Origin: Camelus dromedarius
Taxonomy: Eukaryota
Direction: 5' to 3'
Length of the DNA: 64,000 nucleotides
NCBI RefSeq assembly: GCF_036321535.1
Contig: NC_087436.1
Coordinates: forward strand, 111,416,001-111,480,000
Shown here: piece after piece, positions 1 to 11,710 of the stretch
How the letters are laid out: the number at the start of each line of letters is the position of its first letter
Numbering within the stretch: position 1 is the first letter of the stretch
Translations under genes and position numbers: made by a program
The notes under the pieces: model-generated
Databases searched by the model: none
Seen by the model: only the letters and a program-made list of their open reading frames with translations
What the model was told of the DNA's origin: nothing

Positions 1-225
1 GGCTAGATTGCTTTATCAGAATCACACTGAAATGTAGTTGGGCTTCACTATCCAAAATGCTCATTATAGATTGGTCTTGCATCCGATTTTCAAAGTTAAC
101 TGCCTGGTACCATAAACTGACTGAAAAAGAAGGGAAAAATAAATAGAAGGGTCTGTAAAGATGTCAGCCTGTTCAGGTTTATCTGACAGTTTTATTTTGT
201 GTATCTTTCTGCCCCTTTGTGTCAG

Positions 226-322
226 GTGACTGCTGACATCGGACAGCTCTTGGGTGCTGAGAAGGTGGATGCAATCCTTTGTGTGGCTGGAGGATGGGCT
301 GGGGGCAGTGCCAAGTCCAAGT
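226..322 (+). CDS. QDPR: QDPR coding exon 3 (97 bp), dihydropteridine reductase
   Basis: Acceptor ...tttgtgtcag| and donor |gtgagt. Translates [32 protein letters not shown], matching DHPR. Exons 1-2 lie upstream of the window. Confidence 0.97.
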
Positions 323-674
323 GTGAGTCCTTTTCTGAGTTAATCATTCATGTGCTCTGCTCTGTGTCCAGCTGCGTGGATTGGGTCTGTACTGTGTGCC
401 AGGCCAGGTGGCTTCTCCCAGAGTCTTTCTCCCACAGTAGCTGTGAGGTAGGGATCAGCACCCCATTTTACCCATGAAGAAAAAGCTTCCTGTAGAGGGG
501 GTGGGGGCAGAGGGTCCTTGAGATTGAAGTTTAAAGAAGAGACAGGATGAAATGTGCATTGTCCCCACCCCAGTCTGTTAGGGGTTATTACTGGGAGTTG
601 GGGGATGTATATGGGATGGACAGATTATTCAAAAGATCAGAAGGACTCAGAATTGAGTTTTTGTTAAAGCTGAG

Positions 675-1170
675 TTTATTTCCTATTTCTTATTATGAAC
701 ATTTTCAAATATATAGCAAAGTTGAAAGAACGGTTCAGTGAACCCCCTTTACGCCCTCCATCCAGACTTAACACTTGTTAACACGGGCCATACTTCACTC
801 ACTTGCTTTCCTGCATGTGTGTCCCCTGTGTGTGTATTTCTTTGTTAATGATTTGAGAGTAATTTGACACCTCACTGTATTTCAACATGCATCTCTGAAG
901 ATTAAGCCGATCTCCTACATTATTGTAATACCATTCTCATGCCTAAGAAAATGAACAATAATTCTGGAAGATTAAGAATATCAGCCTGTATTCCAATCAC
1001 CCCAATTTATTCCATATCTTTCATAGTTTTCCCTAGATTGAGTCTATTCAGGGTTTATATACTGCATTTTGGTGTTGTTTTTAGTCTTTGAATCTCGTCC
1101 CTGAGATTTCCTGTGAACTGGAATTTAGGGCTAGAGACTTGCTTCAATGTGGGTCCACCCATTTTTTTCC
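675..1170 (-). mobile_element. Old L1 3'-end fragment (L1M class)
   Basis: ttattatgaacattttcaaatatatagcaaagttgaaaga...gtgaacccc resembles an antisense L1M 3' UTR. Confidence 0.55.
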
Positions 1171-1755
1171 AGTTCTTCTTAGTGGGGATATGCAGTACCT
1201 AGGTTGAGACCTACTGGAGACCCCTCCTCCTGTTTCAGGAGGGCTTCCTCTCTGGGTCAGGGGAGCAGCTTCACTGGGTTCTGTGTCCCCTGTGAGGGAG
1301 GAAGGGGACAGGCGTTCAGCTGGGGATGTGATATCTGTTACCAGTTGTCCCTCCTCACGTCTGTGGCAAGGCCAGAGGGTTAAAACAAATGTGAAATGGT
1401 TGTTATTTCAGCTTTCTTTTAAAGAGTCTTTAAAACTGGCATTAAACCTTCAGCCGTAAAAAATGTAGTCTCCATAAAACCCCTCTTAATGAGCAGATGT
1501 CACTAGTCCCTCAGATTTTTATCACGGGTAAAACCTGACTTGGACATATAGGTTGTTGTTAAAGACCTGACGCCCTTTATGAAGGAGGCCAGCATTTGAA
1601 TGGAAGCCAGGCCCGCATATCTGTCAATGGTCCTCATTTACTGGCTGACTTTTGACCAGTTTACAGGTGAGACTGGTGACCATGTGGCCTGGATTTGGAC
1701 CTGTGTCTCTCTGACCACAAGCCCCAGGCTGTGTGTATTAGAGCTCATGGTAGAG

Positions 1756-1938
1756 ACACACACACACACACAGACACACACACACACACACCCCACACAC
1801 ACACCACAAACACACCCCCCCCACACACCCCCCCCCACACACACACACCACACCCCCCCCCCCCCACACACACACAGACACACGCATGCACGCACGCACG
1901 CGCACACACACACACACAGACACACGCACGCATGCACG

Positions 1939-1971
<33 letters not shown>
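1756..1971. repeat. Compound (CA)n microsatellite with C-runs and (CACG)n blocks, in QDPR intron 3
   Basis: About 215 bp of CA repeats interrupted by C-runs (the longest about 13 nt) and cacgcatgcacgcacg units. Confidence 0.98.
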
Positions 1972-1973
<2 letters not shown>

Positions 1974-2069
1974 GCCACGAGAGTCTCCTGGAGTGTCAGG
2001 CGCCATGAGTTGAGCCCGCCTTTCAGTGTCTTCCCTCCAGCTGCTAACCTCACATGTCTCTTCGCTCAG

Positions 2070-2210
2070 CTCTCTTTAAAAACTGTGACCTGATGTGGAA
2101 GCAGAGCATGTGGACGTCCACCATCTCCAGCCACCTGGCCACCAAGCACCTCAAGGAAGGAGGCCTCCTCACCTTGACCGGGGCCAAGGCCGCCCTGGAC
2201 GGGACTCCTG
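2070..2210 (+). CDS. QDPR: QDPR coding exon 4 (141 bp)
   Basis: Branch-point-like gctaac at 2043-2048, acceptor ttcgctcag|, donor |gtaagc. Phase 1 continues the frame: (S)[46 protein letters not shown]. Confidence 0.97.
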
Positions 2211-3021
2211 GTAAGCCTTCATTTGCCCGTCTGTGAAATGGGGATGCCCACACTCGCTCGCCGGGGCTTCTGGGCACTTCTGTGAGATGAGGAATGTTAC
2301 AGCCCTTTACCCGCTAAGGTGCTGGACAGCTGTGGGGGATTTTGCTTCCTTTTAGGCCTGACTCTTTTTAGGGGAAGAACTCCTGACCCTTTCATTTAAC
2401 TGTCCTCGTGTTCACCGTGGTCATGACTGCTGGGATCTGGTTCCCCCTAATCTGGTTCATTTATCTGTGATCCGCCCAGGGAGTGAATGATGTCATGTAG
2501 ATTTTAACTAGTTGATAAGCACGAATTATTCCCATCACGTTGTGTTCGTGTATCTCAAGGAAGTGGCTTGGCTGCTGGAAACAGTGTGTCAGCTGTAGAA
2601 CCAGAGAGGCTGGGAGTGGATTCGTCACCCTAGCTGTGTGGCCTTGGACAAATTATTCTCTTTGACCAAATTTCTGCTGTAGCTTCCTGAATTGTAATAT
2701 AGTGACAGTAACTTCTACCTTGAAGAGTAGCTGTAAGGCCTTAGAGGCGTTGATAGGTATCAGGTACCCAGCACATGGAAAGTCTAATTATATTCACTCT
2801 TTTCATTTCACATATATTCTTATTTAACCCTGGGCTAGATGTCATTATTATTTTTTTTCGTTTTATAGAGAAGGAAACTAGAACTTAGAGAAGTTATTTG
2901 GGTTATGCAATAAATAAGTTGTAAACTTACTTTAAATTGAAACCCTGATCATTTCCAAATTTCATGCTGTTTTCCATTACATCATGCGGAGATCCAAGTT
3001 CCCTTTGCATTTTTCACTCCC

Positions 3022-3411
3022 TGTGTTAGTTTGCTGGGGCTGCCATGACAAAGGACTGCAGCCTGGGTGGCATAAGCAACAGAAATGTATTTACTCAACA
3101 GTTCTGGAGGCTGGAAGTCTGCCGCTGGGGGCCAGGTCAGCAGATTTGGTTTCTCCTGAGGCCTCTCTTCTTGGCTTGTGGGTGGTCTTTACCGTGACTT
3201 CGCATGGTCTTCCCTCTGTGTGGGTCTGTGTCCTCATCTCCTCTTCTTATAAGGACACCAGTCATATTGGATCAGGTCCCACCCCTATGACCTTATTTTA
3301 ACTTAATTACCTCTTAAAGATCCATCATCACTAACTATAGTCACATTTTGAGGGACGGGGGGTTGGAACTTCAACATCTGAATATGGGGGGACACAGTTC
3401 AACCGGTGACA
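3022..3411 (-). mobile_element. Solo MaLR LTR (MLT1A/B-like)
   Basis: TG...CA ends, 390 bp, perfect 5-bp TSD CTCCC (3017-3021 and 3412-3416), and typical MLT1 motifs (cttcttataaggacaccagtcatattggat). Confidence 0.9.
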
Positions 3412-3907
3412 CTCCCTTTGGAATGGGGGTAAAGGAATTTAAGCAGGCGGTTGGGGAGTTAGCAGAGGGAGGCGGAAACTATTTTCTTCCACTACCTAAA
3501 TTAAACTCTTCTTTAAAAAAAAAATAGTTCTTTTGGACCTCTTGAGTAAGTGGTGGAAACTTTGAGCACCTTTTCAATTTTAATGTAACCAGCTGAGCTG
3601 TGAGGCTCTTACAGATGAATAATTTCTTGCCATTCATTTTCTTACTGTGTTTCCCAGAGCATGTGATCTTACAAGTCCACAGCTATTGCAGTAATTAAAG
3701 CTGTGTAAATGTTAGATGGTAGTTGAGATCTGATTTTTATTAAAGGTGACACAGAGCAGAGGCACTAGATAGAGTAAATAGAGAAATGAGTAATAGCTTG
3801 ACATTTAAAAAAGAAAATCCTAGGACTGAAAGACTAATTTTTCTAAAGGACCAAACAGTCTCCTACTTGCCTTTGTTTGTAAATATCATTATTTATAATT
3901 GCAGATA

Positions 3908-4158
3908 CTGGTTAAGACTGTAGGATCTGGAACTACACAGGTTGGTTTTGAATTGTGATTTTGCCATTTAGTTGCTGTGCAATATTTGGCAAGTTACTTA
4001 ACCTCTCTGAGCCTTAGTTTTGTTATCTGTAAAATGAGGATAAATGGTAATATCTCCTTCATATGGTGGTTGTGACTTGTAAACATCGTAATGGGTGTAA
4101 ATGGTTTAGGAAAGGTATTACAGAGAATCAGTAGTAAATGTGAACTATTATTATTATT
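3908..4158 (+). mobile_element. MIR SINE
   Basis: Core ggcaagttacttaacctctctgagccttagttt...atctgtaaaatg. Confidence 0.85.
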
Positions 4159-5369
4159 TACTCCAGGCTTACTTTTGCCCAGCTACTCCTGCTTCAGGTA
4201 TTAGTAAGTTGGTTCATCTTTTAGCTCTTTAGTTAGGTGTTGTTAAACTTATTTGAGTCATGAAATATTTTAATTTTGATTCAGACCCCAGAAAAATCTG
4301 GGGAAGTCTATGAAAGCAGGTGATAAGCAGGCTTATTTGTCCTTCAAACCCAAGAAGAGTTTTTCAGAAATGAGAAGTTTTTCACTTGGAAAGACACTGA
4401 CAAAACCTCTACCTTTTTATTTCCAAGGTTGTAGACTGTTCACTGGAGGATAAACTGTATCAAAATGATGGTCATCACTTTCGTTACCATTTAAGGATCT
4501 GTTCTGTGTTTGGACATTGGTCTTTTGGGATCCCATTGATCATTTATAATTGGGGAGACAGTATTTATCTTCTTAATATATATTTTTCATGTCTTACGAA
4601 CGATCCTGTACCTGCTTTGTGTAGAATTCTGTGAAATTAAACCCTTAGGGCTGCTGGTTGCTTGTTTCTTTCTTCATCTGATTCCCTGCTCTCATGCTGT
4701 TTGAATGGAATGAAGGCAGAGTCCTGGGAGTTTGCTGGGGACCAGGCCGGACGAATGAGATTCACCAGTTTATTTTAATCACTGCAGAGTTTGTTACGTC
4801 TTCATGCCACTGTTGGCCTCCTGCCTCTGATTAAACAGAGAAGCCAGGTGTGGTGAAATATTCTTCCTGTGCTTAAATAACTTTTTGCGACCTTGACCCT
4901 CCTGCAGTTTGAGGCTGCTGTTGAAGTGGGTCAGTGATTGGTTCCTTGGCTGGGCTGTGGTCCCTGCCTCCCCCTGGACCTTTGATGTTGTTACACTTTA
5001 AACAGCAAGCCTGCTGGGGTTTTTAAGGGGGCTGCTGCCCTCTGGAAGAAGTCGTGGTTTTCTGAAGGCAGAAGGGTGTTTACAGCAATTAACCGTCCTC
5101 TGTTGCTGGGATAGCTGCGTTCGCTGTATCTACAGCTAGGTGTCACAGGGGACTTCAGAGAGAGAGAAATCTTGCCTGCCACGTGTCTGGGGCAGATGCA
5201 AACCTCTCCTAATTACAGGCATGCCTTGCTTCAATCAGCAAACATTCACTGACTAGTGGGAGGAAAGGAAGACTAATAGGTAGTGTGTGTCCATGTCACA
5301 GTTACTCAAGTAGTACACTTTAAACAAGAAGCTGGACTCAAGGGCGCAGTACTTCTGTTAATATGATGG

Positions 5370-5560
5370 GGAACATTTATTGACTGCCTACCCTGTCCTG
5401 AGCCTAGATTTAAGTGCTTCATCCCCATTTTACAGATGGGATAACTGAGGCTTAGTAAGGTTTTTGAGCACTTGCCCACGGTTGGCAAGTGGTGAGTGGA
5501 AGAGCTGTGGTTTGAACCTGTGCAGCCTGACTCTAAAGCCCATGCTTCAAATGACCGCTC
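5370..5560 (-). mobile_element. MIR SINE
   Basis: Reverse core ccccattttacagatgggataactgaggc. Confidence 0.75.
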
Positions 5561-5949
5561 GGTTTTGTCAGTACACTGGGCACCCCGTGTGCCCGATTCT
5601 CACAAGTTGTTACTGATGCTGCGTCTCAGAACCTGGCTCTTGCTTGGCTTTTAACCTCTCCGTTGGCCTCGGTGCAAGTCTGCGTGTGAGCCTGGGCTCG
5701 TGACTCACGCCCTCTGACCGAGCCTTGGTTTTCTTAGCAATAAATGTAGGATTAGCATCAAGGCTTCTGTGATAAATGTCAAGCACCAGGCGAATAGAAG
5801 GTGCACTGGAAACGTTCCGTGCCTCCCCCTTTCTCTCCGTAGGTGTCCTGGTTCTCTTTTCCCGGCCTCCTCTGGACCCTGGCGTGGCGTTCTCTGGATA
5901 TAGCGGTGGCGGCCGGTGGTCACTGAAATGTTTTCTCCCCGTTTCCCAG

Positions 5950-6058
5950 GGATGATTGGCTACGGCATGGCCAAGGGCGCGGTTCATCAGCTCTGCCGGA
6001 GCCTGGCCGGGAAGGACAGCGGCATGCCCGCCGGCTCTGCCGCCATCGCCGTGCTCCC
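5950..6058 (+). CDS. QDPR: QDPR coding exon 5 (109 bp), contains the SDR catalytic YxxxK motif
   Basis: Acceptor tttcccag| and donor |gtaagt. Translates (G)[35 protein letters not shown](P). YGMAK is encoded at 5961-5975. Confidence 0.97.
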
Positions 6059-7191
6059 GTAAGTGGCTGGGACCCTCCTCTGCCCCGCTGCCGGGAGTGC
6101 ACATTTGTCTCAGGGTCACTCTCCACCGGGGACGTGGGTGTGCTGTCGCCTCGGCTTCTGAAACTCACTGACGGTCCTGAAGATCCTTACCCACGTTTTG
6201 GATTATCCTGGGCTTTCCAGAATGGTGGCCTGGCTGATGGGACGGGTCTGTCTCTCCTGCCTTTCTTCTTTCCTTTCATTCCCTCCTTCTGTCCCTCCCT
6301 CCCTCCTATTTAAAATAGCCTATATGCATTTAATTTTAATATTTGTATTTCTGTCTTTCAAGTCATTATCAGGTCAAGATGGAAGAGAGGTCAAGATGTG
6401 TGTCGGGGGGCTAGGGAGCGGGGAGTTTCAGGGAGAAATGGGGAAACAGTGGGAGATGCTTCTGTCTGTGATGAGGAAGGAGGCCCCAGTCAGCTGTCCC
6501 AGGCCAGGCAGCTGCTTTGGAGGGAGAGAGTCCCTTCTAACTGGAAAGATCCCAGCACCAAATGGCTTATCTCTTGGCTGTGGTCCTGTAAAGTAGATGT
6601 TGGGTCTGCTGGGGGACAGGCCTGTCCACTTCCCTGTCATTTGTGAGCTTCTGTGATTCTGTGGTCTGGTCCCACGACTCTTTTGAAAGATTTCCGAGGC
6701 CCGAACATTCTTGCCAAAGTCATACATATCTGAAGTCTATGTTCTTTTGCCAAGAATTTCTAAGAGTTCATGGAAAATGGCCACTAAATGAAGGATGAGT
6801 CTATTTTTCTCATTTTTAAAGGCGTATTATTATGACACTTAAAAATCCTGAGAAATGAGTCTGCCACATTTTAGGGAGTGAATGGAGATGTAAACAGCAA
6901 GCAGTTTACTTTAGTAAAACTCTTATTTTAGAAAAAGGCAAAACATAGCTCTTTGATTTTATTCCTGTCTGACTGAAGGGTGAGCCCCTGGCAGAGTTTG
7001 GCTGGGACGTGAGCTCTGTGAACATGGATGGCTTCCTGGCCTCTCTGACTGTCTTCATGTGATCTCTCCAGGGCGGTGCCGCCACCCTTGGAGCCAGCGG
7101 CTCACGGTGCCCTTTCCTGGCCGAGGAGGACAGGGCAGCTGTTGTTCTAAGGGGGAGGCACACGTGACATGCTTATCTCTGTGCTCTGCAG

Positions 7192-7275
7192 GGTTACCCT
7201 GGATACACCGATGAACAGGAAATCAATGCCCAAGGCCGACTTCAGCTCCTGGACGCCCTTAGAATTCCTAGTTGA
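7192..7275 (+). CDS. QDPR: QDPR coding exon 6 (84 bp)
   Basis: Acceptor ctctgcag| and donor |gtgagt. Translates [27 protein letters not shown](E). Confidence 0.97.
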   Translation, partial: GYPGYTDEQEINAQGRLQLLDALRIPS

Positions 7276-8641
7276 GTGAGTACCGCGGTCACTCAGTGAC
7301 TGCGCAGCTTCCAGCCCCCATTCTCTGCCTCTTGTGGGTGAGAGGACAGGCCCATGTTCTTCCTCACGAGACGCTCCCCCTGCCATATCAACCCTGGGGG
7401 TCTCGTGAGGTCCTGGCCTCTGAGGGTATCACACCCCTCAGTGTGGATGTCACAGGATGGAGGGGTTGAGAGCGCCGAGATGAATCTTGTCTCCCCACTC
7501 ACCAGCTGGCCAGTCTGAGCGGTTATTGAACTGTGCTAGGCCTCAGCTTCCCTGTCTGTATAATGGGGGTCCGTGATCATTGTTGGGGGGTGAGAAGTGT
7601 GGGTGTGCCGAGCACTTGGCACAGTGTCTGAGCCACAGAGGTACTTGGTTAGCTGAGCTCCTGTCAAAGGAGTCAGCCACTGATCTTGGTGGACCATCTG
7701 GGCCCACGAGTCTGAATTAGTACCCAGCCACAGACTCACAGAAAGCATCCTTTGTCCCTCAAATCATATTCAGCCATTCGTGAATGTGGGCAGCATTGGA
7801 AGGTCATGGAGAGAGGGAGCTTTCCAGTTCTTGTTTGTGTAGATCTCAGGTCCCCACACCCCTCTATTTAAGGGGGTATTAAGCACGTATTCACTGAGCA
7901 CCTGCTCGGGCCGGGTGCTGTGCCGGGCCTGGGGATGATGGTGGACGAGCTGCAGGCCCTGCCCTCATGGAGCAGGAGCGACCTCACCCAGCAGAGCCAT
8001 TAGGTGAGCTGCCGCCTCGGCCGTTTGTATGGGATGCTTGTAAATCTGGGCATGCGCTTCTGGCCTGAGGTTACATTTTATTTAAATGAAATTGGGAGAT
8101 ACTTGGGACTGTTACGTTTGGAGCATGTACTTAGGTAGCACTTTTTATGTGCCAGGCACCAATTTAAGCACTGCAGTGATCTTATTAAAGGCTGGTAGCA
8201 GGTCAGTGAGGGAGGGGCCGTCATCTTTATTTAAGGCCCGAGGATGGGGAGCTCGGGCCTCTGCGACTTGCCCAAGGTCACAGAGCAGAGCCAGCATCTG
8301 ACCCAGGCAGTGTGGCTGCAGGATCCTCGGCCTTTACCACTGTCTCTCTATGCTGGGTATCATGCTTAATGCTGGATTTGCAAAAAAACCCCAAAAACCA
8401 AAAACCAAAAAACTGAAGTTGCGGAAGAAACCAGGCTTGAGTCGTGTTTGCATTTGAGTTTCTCTTTAAAGGCCACTACTCCCAGCAACCCTTGACAGAG
8501 GTGTTGACCCAGGACCTAGGTTCCAGACAGAACATCTAAGGTCACGTGTCTGAATCAGTGCAGAGCACAGACCTTAAGAGGGAGAACTGGAAACAGCCAT
8601 CTTTTGTCCCAGAAATCGTGCTCACCCATTGTGATATTTGA

Positions 8642-8801
8642 TTTTTTAAAAAAATTATATTAAATTAATTTTTTGTTTTTGTTTTGCTTTGGGGGGTGGT
8701 AATTAGGTTTATCTATTTTAATGGAGGTACTGGGGATTGAACCCAGGATCTCATGCATGCTAAGCATACACTCTACCACTGAGCTGTACCCTGGCCCCTG
8801 T
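8642..8801 (-). mobile_element. tRNA-Ala-derived SINE (camelid vic-1 type)
   Basis: Reverse strand reads gggtacagctcagtggtagagtgtatgcttagcatgcatgagatcctgggttcaatccccagtacctcca, then an A-rich tail. TSD ttgtgatatttga (8629-8641) / ttgtggtatttga (8802-8814). Confidence 0.85.
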
Positions 8802-9892
8802 TTGTGGTATTTGAAAACTCATGTGACAAGTTGGCATCAAGCACGTTTTGACATGTCTGTGAGCATGTTACCTTCTTGGCTATCCATGGTTAGCATGGCG
8901 TTCCCTCCTACCCACCCCAGATGGTGCCGAGGGGGAGCAAGAAGTCGGACCACAGGTAACCTGCATGAGTGACGTGTGCGTCTCTGCACATCTGGCCGTG
9001 ACTGGTCTCTTTCAGGGCCGTGCCCTGAGCTCTGCCCCCAGAGATGGGGTCATGACATGCGACGGTATGCCAGGGAGTTGTAGCAGCACTGTGATTTTTG
9101 AGCCTGTGTGACTTCCCTTCACTTGTTCAACCCCCAGAGTGGGAGCTCGAATGCCTGGGCAGCTGAGCATCAGCTCTGGTCTAGCAGGGTACAGAGCGGC
9201 ACTAAAGAAGAGCCCGGAATTTTCCAATGACGGGGTCCAAAGTCCCACCTGGGGCTTGTGAAAGGGGCTGGTATACTCAACACCAAGAGTTCCTATTTTA
9301 AAAATGATCAGCTCCTTGTTAAACTTTGTGACTTCGGTGTGCCCGTTTTCATTCCTGTCTTCCTAGAGGTCTTCCGGACTCCCCTAGGCCCTCCCCACAC
9401 AGAGTTGGTCATTAAATGCCCCATTCTGGCACTGGACGTATTTTATTGTAATAATCTGTGTTTTTACATCTTTTTCCATTGCTTGGCATGGCCGTGGGTT
9501 CTCCATAAATGTTTGTTAAAACGAATTAATGTCTTCTCTTTCTTTTAAAATTTCTGTGAAGGAATACAGCAAAGTATAAAGTATTATGTCCATGTTCATC
9601 TCCCAGAATTAAGTAATTAAAATCTTTTTTTAATCGCATAAAATCATACCCCTGTGTTATAAAGGATTCCAACAGTGCAGAAAAATGGAGAAATGAAAAT
9701 CTTGTCAAATCCGGCCACTCAGGAATTAGAACGAGTGAAGTCCTGAGGTCATCGGGGACCTTGGAACGTGTCCACGATGCCTTCATGGCTCTTTCACAGC
9801 TGCTGTTGTCCCCCCATCCCACCATTAATGTGAATATAAGCATGTGTCCAGATTTTTGCTTTAACATGTAAAGCGTCTCTTCTTTGTTCTAG

Positions 9893-9998
9893 AACCTTCC
9901 ATGACTGGATCACGGAGAAAAACCGACCAAGCTCAGGGAGCCTAATCCAAGTGGTGACCACGGAGGGGAGGACGGAGCTTACCCCAGTGGGTTTTTAA
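9893..9998 (+). CDS. QDPR: QDPR terminal coding exon 7 (106 bp to the stop)
   Basis: Acceptor tctttgttctag|. Translates [34 protein letters not shown], with TAA at 9996-9998. Confidence 0.96.
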
Positions 9999-10173
9999 GC
10001 TGCATTTTGTTGGCCTATGAGGGGCCTGTCAGAAAAGTCATTAATCTGTTAACATGGCTGTGTCCAGCCCTGTGTTTTCTGTCATCCTGTTCGTGGTATG
10101 AGATAGTGAGCCCTGTTTTCCTCTCATTTAACGTGCATTTGTTCTCCTAGGACAGTGTAGAAGGGTTGTGTGG

Positions 10174-10179
10174 AATAAA
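10174..10179 (+). terminator. Possible proximal polyadenylation signal
   Basis: AATAAA about 175 nt after the stop, with weaker GT-rich sequence (ctctgttggtctgtgtt) downstream. Confidence 0.4.
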
Positions 10180-10543
10180 AACATGTGGGGGCCTCGGGTA
10201 GCTCTGTTGGTCTGTGTTAACCGCAGAGTCTGGGCGGTCTCAGGATGGCCCCCCGGCATCAGCGTCTTGTTGAGTTGCTTCGGAGACTCGGTGTGTCCCC
10301 GCCCGTGGCTGCTGACCTGACTAGTTCAGAGACTTGTTGGTATCGGGGACGTTTGGAGCCTGAGTTATTTTTGAACGTTATGTTTATGTCACGGATGTAG
10401 TTTTTATAGCCTCGAATTAATCTGCCTTAAAACTCCTTTTGTGGTGTAAACAAAATCCTGTGGACTCTGTTAAAGCTTCTTTTTCCTGTGCAGTTGCCAA
10501 GTGGGAAGAGAACTACTTGTGATTGTTTGGAGTTGATCTTCCT

Positions 10544-10549
10544 AATAAA
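10544..10549 (+). terminator. Likely main polyadenylation signal of QDPR
   Basis: AATAAA followed 12-30 nt later by tattgtgttgtcttcttt (GU/U-rich). Confidence 0.7.
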
Positions 10550-10814
10550 TGTACTTCACTTATTGTGTTGTCTTCTTTCCTCAAAACGCATCTTATGAAC
10601 AGTCATAGATGAAGGTACCAGAATCACGGGCTGCTCGTGGTCTTTAGTCTGATGGTCTCAAAAGGGGGGGTGGACTCAGGCCCTGAAAGGAGTGTCTTCA
10701 GCACAGTGACACAGGCACGAGTCCCTCCTGGGTGGGGGGAATGGCTCTGCGCGTTTAGAAGCAGAGCTCCACGTGACTGATCAGGGCTGTTCTGATTGAG
10801 AACTAGCGATCCGG

Positions 10815-10930
10815 TCCAACCCATCATCTTACAGATGAGGAAACTGAGGCCCAGAGCAATGACTTACCATCTCCATGGCCAGTAAGTGGTAGAAATGAGC
10901 CCAGGACCCTGGTCACCAATGGCTGCTGTT
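10815..10930 (-). mobile_element. MIR SINE
   Basis: tcttacagatgaggaaactgaggcccagag. Confidence 0.8.
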
Positions 10931-10959
10931 TATAAAGGCGTTTACCCTGTGTTTCCTTT

Positions 10960-11710
10960 CTTTTTTCTTTTATTAAAAATTTTTTTGTTTTACCAAAGCG
11001 TAGTTGACTTAAAAAGTTGTGTTAGTTTCTGGTGTATAGCATGTGATTCGGCTGCGTGTGTACGTGTGTATATATATTCTTTTTCATTACAGGTTATTAC
11101 AAGATTGAATGTAGTTCCTGTGCTCTACAGTGGACCTGGTTGTTTATCTAGTGTTTTCTTTTTCAATTCTTTCAAAAAAAACTTTATTAAGATAAAATTC
11201 CCGTAACATAAAATTAACCATTTTAAAGTGACAAATTCAATGGCCTTTAGTATGTTCACGGTGTTCTGTAACCACCACCTCTGTCTAGTTCCAAAACATG
11301 TTTATCACCCCAAAATACAGCCTAAAACCCACTGAGCAGTTACTCCTCATCCCCCCTGCCTCCAGCCCCTGGCACCACCAGTCTCCTCTGTCTCTATGAA
11401 TGTACGTGTTCTGGATGTTTTATATAAACACAGCCATGCACTACGTGGCCTTTGGTGTCTGGCCTCCTTGACTTAGCATGTTTTCGAGGTTTGTCCATGT
11501 TGTAGCAGCTATTAGTACTTCTTTTTGTGGCTGAATAATATTCCATGGTTGGTGTATACCACAATTTGTTTATCCATCCATCTGTTGCTAGATATTTGGG
11601 TTCTTTCTGCCTTTTGACTGTTGTAAATAATACTGCTGTGCACACATTCAGTACGGGTATCTGGGTGCCTGTTTTCAGTTCTTTTGGGTATATACCTAGG
11701 CATGGTATGG
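10960..11710 (-). mobile_element. Two abutting L1 3'-end fragments (a younger one at ~10960-11150, an older L1MB-like one at ~11160-11710)
   Basis: ORF 11394-11645(-) resembles the L1 ORF2 C-terminus (DGWINKLWYTPTMEYYSA). Antisense L1 3' UTR motifs are present. Confidence 0.85.

Larger units (their letters stand above)
9999..10570 (+). other. QDPR: QDPR 3' UTR (end approximate)
   Basis: Repeat-free sequence after the stop, ending near AATAAA 10544-10549 and a GT/T-rich downstream element. Confidence 0.7.

Noticed and set aside
199..477. ORF-track proteins at 199-477 and 2054-2236 as standalone genes
   Set aside because: They are QDPR exons read through into intron. The splice sites define the real boundaries.
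1600..2093. Overlapping ORFs rich in HT or CV dipeptides
   Set aside because: They are translations of the stop-free CA microsatellite inside a QDPR intron.
5610..6171. 169-aa antisense ORF and other frames over exon 5
   Set aside because: GC-rich, stop-poor sequence opposite a real exon, with no recognisable domain.
8720..8798. tRNA-Ala(AGC)-like sequences as real tRNA genes (also near 17780 and 37320)
   Set aside because: Mismatched stems, shared non-tRNA tails, A-rich tails and TSDs identify them as SINEs.
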